64,000 bases of DNA, taken from positions 1-64,000 of IMG/VR virus record IMGVR_UViG_3300026257_000002; one strand, given 5' to 3'. Below, piece after piece: positions 8,756-16,056 of this stretch. The notes beneath the pieces were generated by a model. That model had not been told where the DNA came from and did no database searches. It saw nothing but the letters and a program-made list of their open reading frames with translations. This stretch comes from a virus. A program made the position numbers and the translations under genes. The stretch's first letter is position 1. The number at the start of each line of letters is the position of its first letter.

Positions 8756-11272
8756 TTATGCCTCTAGTCTGATTAAGTTAAGGTTTAGTTGAATTGAATT
8801 AGTGCTTCCACTGCGATTTGTTACTGCTAGATACATTGTATCACTAGCACTTGGTGTATCAGCATTATATCCGATTACACCTGGAGATAACCAAATTACA
8901 TTTTGTCCTCTAGTCTCAGCAATAACTCCAGAACCAGCAGTAGGATCACTACCTTCGCTTCTATTAGCATCAGCTGTTCTAGAAGCATCATCAGTATAAA
9001 CTCTCACCCAAGCATCATAATCGGAGTCAATGTATAACAATATATATGCTTTTTGTGCTGTTATATTTAGGTTTTCCGTAGCATTATCAGCAAGTGATGC
9101 AGTAGTTCCAGTAACCACCGTCCTTGCCTGAAGACCTATAGATCCACCAGCAGCAACAGTGACAACTCCACCTGCATCAATTGATAAACCCGAACCAATT
9201 TTGACGCCACCTAATGTACCAGCAGCAGCAATTGGTAACGTATAACCACCAGGAACAGCAGCGATATTGCCACTAGCATCTAATGTGATTGTAGTACCAT
9301 CAGGAATAACACCACCCAATGTTGATGTTGTGGCAACAGGTAATGTATAAGCAGCAGGAATGGATGGTTTGTTAAGGATCTGTGCTAGTCCAGAAGTAGC
9401 ATCCCAATCTGATTGAACTGGAGCAGTGCTAGAAAGTGTTACTCTTTTGTTAGCAGAATCCCATGAAACGGTAGTATCACCACCACCAGCAAATTCAATC
9501 TGATCTGTTGTTCCTACTGAAGGATCAAGGTTCAGGAAGACATTATTTGATGTGGTATTAGTTCCATAAAGATCATACAGAACTGATGATCCACCACCTC
9601 CACCACCACCACCAGTGGAAAGAACTGTAAGAGTTCCAAGCATTGCTGCATGATTTCCACACTGATAGTAATATACACCGGCAGTAGTAGGAGTCCATGA
9701 AGTTGTTGCAGTACCTTCACCAGAAGCAGCAGGACTAGAAACACTAGATCCACCATCACTCACTCTGATATACAGAGGGTGATTTGCACTAACTGTATTG
9801 TTGAAAGTAATTGTATCACCTTCATATATTGTAATGCTAGGGTCGGCGGAACTTGAATAACTATTGCCACGATCACTACCAGTGATTAAATAATTTCCAT
9901 TCCCAACTTCTGCGTCAACATCTAGACTGTATGTAGTAGGAGTTGTTCCTACCTGAGCACTAATAGTTTTATTACCAGAATCATAAGAGAATGAAATGCC
10001 TAATGATGTTCCATTAAGGAGTGCCTGTGCTGCAGCATCTTTAGCATCGTCATCAGTATAAGATGAACCGCTACCTGCACTCTGTCTAAAGGTAATTGTA
10101 TTAGCATCAGTTAACTCAACTGTTAAACCATTAGCACCCACAAGGGAAATGTCATCATCTACTGTAGTGGTTACATTACCATCACCATCATGATTAGTTC
10201 CTCTTAGTCTAAGAGTAGTGCCTGATCCAGCACCAGTTTCTGCTGAAATATTATAAAGTCTACTATCAATGTGTAAGTTTTCAACATCTCTAAAGATCTC
10301 AACACCACCATGAATATTTCTAAGGAAGGTTACTGAGTCAGCAATTCCATCGGAATCATTAAGACTTAGTATACCAGTGTCCGTTCCTGTTAAAGCAATA
10401 GAATATGTAGTATTAGTGTTAGGAATAATATCACCAAGTTGTGCTATCTGATGCCAAGAATTACCAGCAGCATAGTACATGGTATTGTTGCTATCAGAGA
10501 ATGCGAAAGCACCATTATAGGTAGTGGCACTAGGGAAACTTGACAGCAGGTCATACCAGAAGGTGATTAAACTTGCTGTATCTGCAGCAGTAGTAATACT
10601 GTTTGCAGTAATATCATTTACACCAGTTAAATTATTACTACCATCAAGAACTAATGCAGAATTCTTTAATAGAGTTCCATCAGTACCATCAAACAAAGCA
10701 ACCGCACCATCTGTAGTTGTTGCCGGTGCTCCAACTGTTCCTGATAATGCTGAGGAGATTGTAATATCAGTTCCACTTCGGGCAACTGTGATATTAGATC
10801 CACCTAAGATTGAAAATATATCATTACTTGAATCAGTTCCTGTTAATGTAAGTTGTGCTCCATCAGTTACTGTTGATGCTACCAAATCATAGGTAGTGTT
10901 CTGATCACTTCCTGTTATTGTAATGACACCAGCATTTTCAGTAACAACTACTGTTCCAGAACCAGTAAATGAAACTTCATCTATCTGCCCAGTAGCATCA
11001 CCTGATCCAGTTAGTTTTAATTTAACATCATTTGCAGCTGCGGCAAGTGATGAAAATGAATAGGTGCTATTTGTATTACTAATAGTAACCCATTTAAGAC
11101 CAGATCCAGTAGATGATAATAGTTGGTTATCTAAACCCACACCAGTATCAATATTAATTTTAGCACCATCAAGATCAAGTGCTTCCCCAGCAGTAACTTT
11201 AAGACCTTCAGTAAAGGTTACTTTATCTGTTCCCGCTAAATTTACTAGTTCGTCAACTAATATTAGTGACAT
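8756..11272 (-). CDS. Tail-fibre-like protein (838 aa) with cupredoxin-like domain and LPxAxxxxLGGV repeats
   Basis: Thr/Gly/Ser-rich; NHPLYI...YYYQCGNHAAMLG; YTLPVATTSTLGGV / YTLPIAAAGTLGGVKIG; Gly7 linker. Confidence 0.75.
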   Translation of the reverse strand: MSLILVDELVNLAGTDKVTFTEGLKVTAGEALDLDGAKINIDTGVGLDNQLLSSTGSGLKWVTISNTNSTYSFSSLAAAANDVKLKLTGSGDATGQIDEVSFTGSGTVVVTENAGVITITGSDQNTTYDLVASTVTDGAQLTLTGTDSSNDIFSILGGSNITVARSGTDITISSALSGTVGAPATTTDGAVALFDGTDGTLLKNSALVLDGSNNLTGVNDITANSITTAADTASLITFWYDLLSSFPSATTYNGAFAFSDSNNTMYYAAGNSWHQIAQLGDIIPNTNTTYSIALTGTDTGILSLNDSDGIADSVTFLRNIHGGVEIFRDVENLHIDSRLYNISAETGAGSGTTLRLRGTNHDGDGNVTTTVDDDISLVGANGLTVELTDANTITFRQSAGSGSSYTDDDAKDAAAQALLNGTSLGISFSYDSGNKTISAQVGTTPTTYSLDVDAEVGNGNYLITGSDRGNSYSSSADPSITIYEGDTITFNNTVSANHPLYIRVSDGGSSVSSPAASGEGTATTSWTPTTAGVYYYQCGNHAAMLGTLTVLSTGGGGGGGGSSVLYDLYGTNTTSNNVFLNLDPSVGTTDQIEFAGGGDTTVSWDSANKRVTLSSTAPVQSDWDATSGLAQILNKPSIPAAYTLPVATTSTLGGVIPDGTTITLDASGNIAAVPGGYTLPIAAAGTLGGVKIGSGLSIDAGGVVTVAAGGSIGLQARTVVTGTTASLADNATENLNITAQKAYILLYIDSDYDAWVRVYTDDASRTADANRSEGSDPTAGSGVIAETRGQNVIWLSPGVIGYNADTPSASDTMYLAVTNRSGSTNSIQLNLNLIRLEA

Positions 11273-11302
11273 ATATATGTCCTGTTATACTTTCCTTCAA
11301 AG

Positions 11303-11310
11303 TATTTATA
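11303..11310 (-). promoter_or_regulatory. T4-type late promoter (gp55-dependent)
   Basis: Exact TATAAATA ~30 nt upstream of the 838-aa gene. Confidence 0.8.
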
Positions 11311-11316
11311 AACTTA

Positions 11317-11871
11317 CTATGGAACGAAAGAATACCATCCTGTAGCGATATACTTGAATTCACTTTTACTAATTATACCATGATGAAAGTGTGTCCATGA
11401 TGTAGGCCAAAGAACTACTCTTCCTGCTACTGCATCAGTAGTCAAATCATACTGAGGAAATCTAGTTCCGCCATCATCAGTGACAGTGTTGAGGTAAATC
11501 ATCCACACAATCACACGCTGAGCATCAGTTATGAATCCTGCTTCACAATGTGGTTGTGGATAACCACCACCAGGAAGATATTTCTGAAGATTATATCTAT
11601 TCTCTAATCCCCAATACCCTATGCTATCTAACTCAGGGTTCTTAATTTTATAATCTTTTAAACACTCAGATAAAGCACCATGTATCATGCAATCCACATC
11701 AGTCTCATTACTGAATTTATTATGAATATCCCAACTATCTTTTGCTTTGATATCAACTCCCTGACCTATAAGACCTCGCTGTATATTAGGTGTCTGATTA
11801 ATATACTGTATAATTTTACTGCATTCTTTTGATGTTAGAACATCATCATAAATTTCAATATATGTATTCAT
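11317..11871 (-). CDS. 2OG-Fe(II) oxygenase (prolyl-4-hydroxylase-like)
   Basis: HCE iron ligand motif, VWMIYLNTVTDDGGTRF, VVLWPTSWTHFHHG, KYIATGW; start reassigned to MNTYIE (11871). Confidence 0.88.
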   Translation of the reverse strand: MNTYIEIYDDVLTSKECSKIIQYINQTPNIQRGLIGQGVDIKAKDSWDIHNKFSNETDVDCMIHGALSECLKDYKIKNPELDSIGYWGLENRYNLQKYLPGGGYPQPHCEAGFITDAQRVIVWMIYLNTVTDDGGTRFPQYDLTTDAVAGRVVLWPTSWTHFHHGIISKSEFKYIATGWYSFVP

Positions 11872-11882
11872 ACTATTAAAAT

Positions 11883-11907
11883 AAAAAAAGTGGGGTAAAC
11901 ACCCCAC
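11883..11907 (-). terminator. Rho-independent terminator
   Basis: GTGGGGT-GTTT-ACCCCAC followed by T7. Confidence 0.85.
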
Positions 11908-11913
11908 AAATAA

Positions 11914-12231
11914 TTACGAGAATGTAATCACATCTTGGCCAAAGGAAGTAGGATAATCTACAGGACCAGCAGCACCATAACCATAATCAATAGTATCAGA
12001 AGTATCAGAAGTAGTAACTGTAAAGTTACTGACATCAGTCTTGGTAGCATCAGTAGCACTAGTACCACCAGAAACAATATCATTAGAAACAAAACCTCGC
12101 TTAATATCATTGATACTATCAAGGAGATGAATGAGTCTAGTAAGAAGAGTAGGTGAAGCGGTATCAACTACTGTGGCGAGAGCAGAACGAAGTTCTTTCT
12201 CGGCAGTAGCAAGATGTTCATAAGTAGTCAT
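11914..12231 (-). CDS. Hypothetical protein (~105 aa)
   Basis: ORF track 11914..12303; likely start MTTYEHL at 12231. Confidence 0.6.
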   Translation of the reverse strand: MTTYEHLATAEKELRSALATVVDTASPTLLTRLIHLLDSINDIKRGFVSNDIVSGGTSATDATKTDVSNFTVTTSDTSDTIDYGYGAAGPVDYPTSFGQDVITFS

Positions 12232-12326
12232 TTTTTCAATATAATTAGAAGGGACAAATGAAGTCTGATTATTAAACTTTAAATTAGTATTGTTAAGTGG
12301 CATCTTTTATAATGATTTACTATGTA

Positions 12327-12355
12327 ATGATAGCAGATTCAGGCAATGTTGTCAA
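12327..12355 (-). promoter_or_regulatory. sigma70-type promoter embedded in the 3' end of the upstream ORF
   Basis: TTGACA-17 nt-TATCAT. Confidence 0.6.
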
Positions 12356-12557
12356 GATCTTGTTCTAGTTGAGTCAAAACCACCTGATAGTCATCATCAG
12401 GATCACCAAAAAGTTGTAGTCCATTGACATCATAAAATTCATAAAGTCTTTTATAAAGATAAGGATAATCATCCTCAAGATTTATAAATCCATCAACAGC
12501 ATCATTTAGAAGTGCAATATCTTGAGGAAATTTACGAAGAATATTTTGATGATTCAT
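12339..12557 (-). CDS. Hypothetical acidic protein (72 aa)
   Basis: ORF track. Confidence 0.6.
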   Translation of the reverse strand: MNHQNILRKFPQDIALLNDAVDGFINLEDDYPYLYKRLYEFYDVNGLQLFGDPDDDYQVVLTQLEQDLDNIA

Positions 12558-12592
12558 TTCTATATGAAAAATACATTACTAATTATAATACA

Positions 12593-12841
12593 TTATTTTT
12601 CTTCAAAGTTAATCTTGCGTATTTTTCTCTGGCGGCGAGTTTCTTGATACGCTAAATCATCAGCACTAAATGTCGGAGAGATTGTCTCCTTCAGATTGCT
12701 GACAATTTCCACCAGTGACAAATTGTTCCCGCTGATACTGGTGCCACGGATGGACGTAAAATTCTCGCACCGGCAAGCCCGTGTCTTTGTTGGATGACTC
12801 TCCAATTTCTTCCCGCAACTTTTGCATCTGATGACTAACAT
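12593..12841 (-). CDS. Putative zinc-ribbon protein (82 aa)
   Basis: CKSC...CRC cysteine pattern. Confidence 0.6.
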   Translation of the reverse strand: MLVIRCKSCGKKLESHPTKTRACRCENFTSIRGTSISGNNLSLVEIVSNLKETISPTFSADDLAYQETRRQRKIRKINFEEK

Positions 12842-12917
12842 TTTCTAACATACCTCTCATATAAGCGAGTTCAAGTTTAATATCGTTGATATCTTCTTTG
12901 ATTTTTTCTGATTCCAT
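12666..12917 (-). CDS. Hypothetical coiled-coil protein (83 aa), overlapping the previous ORF in another frame
   Basis: ORF track; late-type CTAAATA at 12919-12925 just upstream. Confidence 0.45.
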   Translation of the reverse strand: MESEKIKEDINDIKLELAYMRGMLENVSHQMQKLREEIGESSNKDTGLPVREFYVHPWHQYQREQFVTGGNCQQSEGDNLSDI

Positions 12918-12942
12918 TTATTTAGTAAGAGGTTATGGACAA

Positions 12943-13014
12943 CTCCCAAGGCAGGATTTGAACCTGCGACCGAGTGATTAACAGTCACCTGCTCTGCCAC
13001 TGAGCTACTTGGGA
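12943..13014 (-). tRNA. trnN: tRNA-Asn (GTT)
   Basis: Cloverleaf: TCCCAAG/CTTGGGA acceptor stem, GGTGA-CTGTTAA-TCACT anticodon arm, GCAGG-TTCAAAT-CCTGC T arm; no encoded CCA. Confidence 0.96.
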
Positions 13015-13282
13015 ATAAAGGGGGGCTTCTCACCCCCCCTGAACTACTTGGGTAACAAGGCTAGTTTAACCCCGATCTCCCATTCAGGCAGTCACGAGTT
13101 CGCGAGTGCGGGAGAATGCTACGATGTTATTCGCAGCAGGTGTAGATGTTTTAGCATCTGTTGTTTGCTTATCCAAGCAGGTTTCAGTCACAATCGTAAT
13201 AACCCGTCTAAACCGTGGCACCCCCATGAATGGAGGTGAGGAGAGTCGAACTCCTGTCCGAGCCTATTCGTAAAGTCACCTA
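13015..13282 (-). ncRNA. ssrA: Circularly permuted (two-piece) tmRNA, marine cyanobacterial type; outer boundaries approximate
   Basis: Acceptor piece GGAC-AGGAG-TTCGACT-CTCCT-CACCTCC-A (ends 13231); 5-nt spacer TTCAT; coding piece starts GGGGGTG-CC-ACGGTTTAGACGGG (13225); G3.U70 pair; tag ORF 13134..13084 = ANNIVAFSRTRELVTA*; TCTCCC/GGGAGA helix; terminal GGGGGG/CCCCCC hairpin. Confidence 0.9.
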
Positions 13283-13300
13283 TTCCTCTTTGAAGAGGAA

Positions 13301-13372
13301 TGCCATCAGGAGGATTTGAACCACCGACCTTGGCTTTACAAAAGCCCTGCACTACCACTGTGCTATGATGGC
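13301..13372 (-). tRNA. trnT: tRNA-Thr (TGT)
   Basis: GCCATCA/TGATGGC acceptor stem; anticodon loop TTTGTAA; T loop TTCAAAT (T stem has one T.T mismatch); no CCA. Confidence 0.93.
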
Positions 13373-13374
13373 GA

Positions 13375-13448
13375 CGATTCAGGTTGGACTCGAACCAACG
13401 ACCGACTGCTTAGAAGGCAGTTGCTCTACTCCACTGAGCTACTGAACC
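13375..13448 (-). tRNA. trnR: tRNA-Arg (TCT)
   Basis: GGTTCAG/CTGAATC acceptor stem; CTGC-CTTCTAA-GCAG anticodon arm; TTCGAGT T loop; no CCA. Confidence 0.96.
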
Positions 13449-13452
13449 AAAG

Positions 13453-13534
13453 TGGGCAAGGTTGGATTTGAACCAACGTAGGCAGAGCCAAGGGATTTAC
13501 AGTCCCTCTCCTTTAACCACTCGGACACTTACCC
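13453..13534 (-). tRNA. trnY: tRNA-Tyr (GTA)
   Basis: GGGTAAG/CTTGCCC acceptor stem; AGGGA-CTGTAAA-TCCCT anticodon arm; long variable arm; no CCA. Confidence 0.96.
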
Positions 13535-13551
13535 TCAACGAGTTTTTCTAC

Positions 13552-13764
13552 TCATGTGTAGTATGCTTGAAAGTATTTAACAATACCATCAGAACGAACA
13601 TTACCCTGAGACACCCAATCATGGCAACACTGAGTGATGCTGTTCATACTATACATTGGTTCTTTATTTTTGTCAAGCACAGATCCAAAACGAGTGAGGA
13701 GAAGACTGTAAACTTTTTGCCTCAACTCCATACGGTCATCGCTATAACGCCAATCATCAATCAT
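13552..13764 (-). CDS. Hypothetical protein (70 aa)
   Basis: ORF track; contains the promoter of the RNA operon. Confidence 0.6.
   Translation of the reverse strand: MIDDWRYSDDRMELRQKVYSLLLTRFGSVLDKNKEPMYSMNSITQCCHDWVSQGNVRSDGIVKYFQAYYT
13648..13676 (-). promoter_or_regulatory. sigma70-type promoter, probably driving the tRNA/tmRNA operon
   Basis: TTGACA-17 nt-TATAGT, ~110 nt upstream of tRNA-Tyr. Confidence 0.7.
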
Positions 13765-13791
13765 CTACCTTCTCCAATCTTACAATGTAAT

Positions 13792-13995
13792 TTATTTGCC
13801 TGTAATCCAAACTTGTTCAGAACCACCACCCTTCCATGGAGAATGATTCTTTGTTGCTATTCTATACATTTTCTCATGCATAGTTTCTTCTTCCTTTTTC
13901 TCCTCAGATTTATCAGTAGCAATGGGCATACTATCTAAAGGATTAGGTGGGAACCAATCATCATTCGGAACAGGTGATTGTGCTGGATAAGTCAT
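13792..13995 (-). CDS. Hypothetical protein (67 aa)
   Basis: ORF track; ATGA overlap with upstream gene. Confidence 0.55.
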   Translation of the reverse strand: MTYPAQSPVPNDDWFPPNPLDSMPIATDKSEEKKEEETMHEKMYRIATKNHSPWKGGGSEQVWITGK

Positions 13996-14579
13996 GTGAA
14001 TACCATTTTTTTCGTATAATCATATGCATATTTATCACGATGACCCTTGATACCCCATCCTAACCAACGATAAGCAGGTCTCATATAATAAGATACAGTT
14101 TGTCCACTACCTTCAAAATAAGGAAGTTGTCTCTGGAAAATATTCTCATTAATCATATAACGAGTCTGACCTTCTAATGAACTAGGATCACACCCATAAT
14201 TTTTACAAAACTTTCCAAGATTATTATAACGACCAACAGTTGTCCATTGAATCAATCCATATCCACCTCTATGGCACTGATCATAAGGAACTCTAGCACC
14301 ACCCTCACATATATTAGCATGGAAATTAGATTCTGATTTAATGTTACCCATGATCGTTGCCAGGGCGTTACGATCTGTGATTTTGGTTTTTTCTTGGAGT
14401 TGTTCAAGGACATACTGTTCTTCTGGTGTGCATCCAGCACACTTCCAAGTAGGTTCACGAGAAATTGCTGGAATTTCTTTATCTACATCATGAACCTTCA
14501 GAGGAGACGAAGAGATAGTCGATGGAAGAAGAACAGTCAGACCAGCAACAATAATTGATGTTGAGAGCATTCGTTTCAT
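13992..14579 (-). CDS. Lysozyme-like cell-wall hydrolase (phage tail lysozyme-type domain) with N-terminal signal/TM segment
   Basis: ALATIMGNIKSESNF (catalytic-type Glu), GYGLIQWT, GQTRYMINE; start reassigned to MKRMLS (14579), downstream of promoter. Confidence 0.7.
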   Translation of the reverse strand: MKRMLSTSIIVAGLTVLLPSTISSSPLKVHDVDKEIPAISREPTWKCAGCTPEEQYVLEQLQEKTKITDRNALATIMGNIKSESNFHANICEGGARVPYDQCHRGGYGLIQWTTVGRYNNLGKFCKNYGCDPSSLEGQTRYMINENIFQRQLPYFEGSGQTVSYYMRPAYRWLGWGIKGHRDKYAYDYTKKMVFT

Positions 14580-14592
14580 TACAACAATGTGT

Positions 14593-14643
14593 ATCATACC
14601 ATCTATATAGATGGTTGTCAAGAGCCAAATAAATAAGTATAAT
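14593..14643. promoter_or_regulatory. Divergent back-to-back sigma70 promoters at the strand switch, with an 18-bp palindrome
   Basis: Minus: TTGACA(14621-14616)-17-TATGAT(14598-14593); plus: TTGTCA(14615-14620)-17-TATAAT(14638-14643); palindrome ACCATCTATATAGATGGT 14598-14615. Confidence 0.7.
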
Positions 14644-14665
14644 AGATGCTATACAGCAATTTCTC

Positions 14666-14833
14666 ATGAGATTTAACGAAACAGACATGAATCGTCTCCA
14701 TAAGGCATGTAAGGTATGTCAAGAACAAACTGGTTCAGAATATATGTGGGATGAGTATGAAGATCTCATTAGAAAGATTAAATGTTATTCGGAAGAATAC
14801 TGTCTTAAAGAGTCAGGAATTCATAACAATTAA
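14666..14833 (+). CDS. Small hypothetical protein (55 aa, MRFNETDMNRLHKACKVCQEQTGSEYMWDEY...)
   Basis: Manual translation; directly downstream of the plus-strand promoter. Confidence 0.65.
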   Translation: MRFNETDMNRLHKACKVCQEQTGSEYMWDEYEDLIRKIKCYSEEYCLKESGIHNN

Positions 14834-14908
14834 CAAGTAATATAGATAGTCTAGTTTAAAACACTACTATGAAAGTCTTTAATGACTGATGTAATTCATG
14901 TAAAATAG

Positions 14909-15100
14909 ATGTCAAAAAATTATGTAACCGAAGAACAATGCCAGGAGATGATTGATGCTGCAATACGAAAACATAATCGTAATGCTTCAATTGTCAGTAT
15001 TTGTGTTGGTTGGGTTGTTCTTGCACTTTTTGCTGATGGTCTTCTTCGACTTATTGGAGTGATACCTCCATTGTTCGTAGATTTAAATTTAACTCTGTAA
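14909..15100 (+). CDS. Small membrane protein (63 aa)
   Basis: ORF track; hydrophobic segment SIVSICVGWVVLALFADGLLRLIGVIP. Confidence 0.7.
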   Translation: MSKNYVTEEQCQEMIDAAIRKHNRNASIVSICVGWVVLALFADGLLRLIGVIPPLFVDLNLTL

Positions 15101-15136
15101 ATAAAGCACATACATAAGAAAAACAATCTTTTACTC

Positions 15137-15787
15137 ATGAAAATCTTTTTAGACACCGCTGACCTTAATGAAATCAAAAAAGCAGCAAGAACTGGTTTAG
15201 TTGATGGTGTCACTACAAACCCCACACTAATTAAAAAAAGTGGCAGGACTCTTCCTGACGTTGCTAAAGAACTGATTAATACATATCCACAATTTGAAAG
15301 TGTATCATGTGAGGTGGTTGCTGAGACTGCTGAAGAAATGATTGAACAAGCTCAACAGTTTATTCAATTAGGAAATGAAGCAATCACTATCAAACTACCA
15401 TGTACTATAGAAGGTTTGATTGCATGTAGAACACTCTCTGTGCTTGGTATTAAAACTAATGTCACATTAGTGTTCTCTGTAGCACAAGCAATCATGGCAG
15501 CAAAGGCAGGTGCTACTTATATCTCACCTTTCGTAGGACGCTGTAATGATAACTCATTCAGTGGTGTAGAACTTGTTCATGCTATCAGTAAAACTTATTG
15601 TGCTCAGGATGTAAAAACTCAAATTCTCGCAGCATCATTGAGAGATGTTCATCATGTATCACGGTGTTTTTCTTTTGGTGCCAGCGTTATTACAATGCCA
15701 CCTAAAGTATTCTGGGCAATGTATAATCATGTGCTTACTCGCGAAGGATTAGATCAATTCCAAAAAGACTGGGAAGAAGTACAATGA
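15137..15787 (+). CDS. talC: Transaldolase (TalC/MipB type), auxiliary metabolic gene
   Basis: MKIFLDTA, GVTTNPTLI, TIKLP (Schiff-base Lys), NVTLVFS, YISPFVGR, ILAASLR. Confidence 0.96.
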   Translation: MKIFLDTADLNEIKKAARTGLVDGVTTNPTLIKKSGRTLPDVAKELINTYPQFESVSCEVVAETAEEMIEQAQQFIQLGNEAITIKLPCTIEGLIACRTLSVLGIKTNVTLVFSVAQAIMAAKAGATYISPFVGRCNDNSFSGVELVHAISKTYCAQDVKTQILAASLRDVHHVSRCFSFGASVITMPPKVFWAMYNHVLTREGLDQFQKDWEEVQ

Positions 15788-15844
15788 TTCTATACAACAG
15801 GATCTAAATAGTACATTGAAAATACTAAACGAATACCATTACTA

Positions 15845-16030
15845 ATGTTACAGAAGATACTACTCTTCGCTTCACCCATAGTATCTGCTGCTACCATTGC
15901 TACAGTTATAACGGTTAATAGTTGGAAGAAAAAGAAACCACCAAAGATCAACATCACATGGGATGATGATGACGATGATGATTACACTGGTGGTCCTGGT
16001 GAAGGTCCATACTGGTGGTATACAAAATAA
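15845..16030 (+). CDS. Small membrane protein with Lys and Asp tracts (61 aa)
   Basis: ORF track; CTAAATA at 15804-15810 upstream. Confidence 0.6.
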   Translation: MLQKILLFASPIVSAATIATVITVNSWKKKKPPKINITWDDDDDDDYTGGPGEGPYWWYTK

Positions 16031-16056
16031 ATAAATAAAAAAAATGAGGAATAGTT

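Noticed and set aside
13009-13239. Plus-strand 76-aa ORF and the 158-aa ORF at 13462-13938
   Set aside because: They are antisense to the tmRNA, tRNA-Tyr and minus-strand genes; no protein-like motifs
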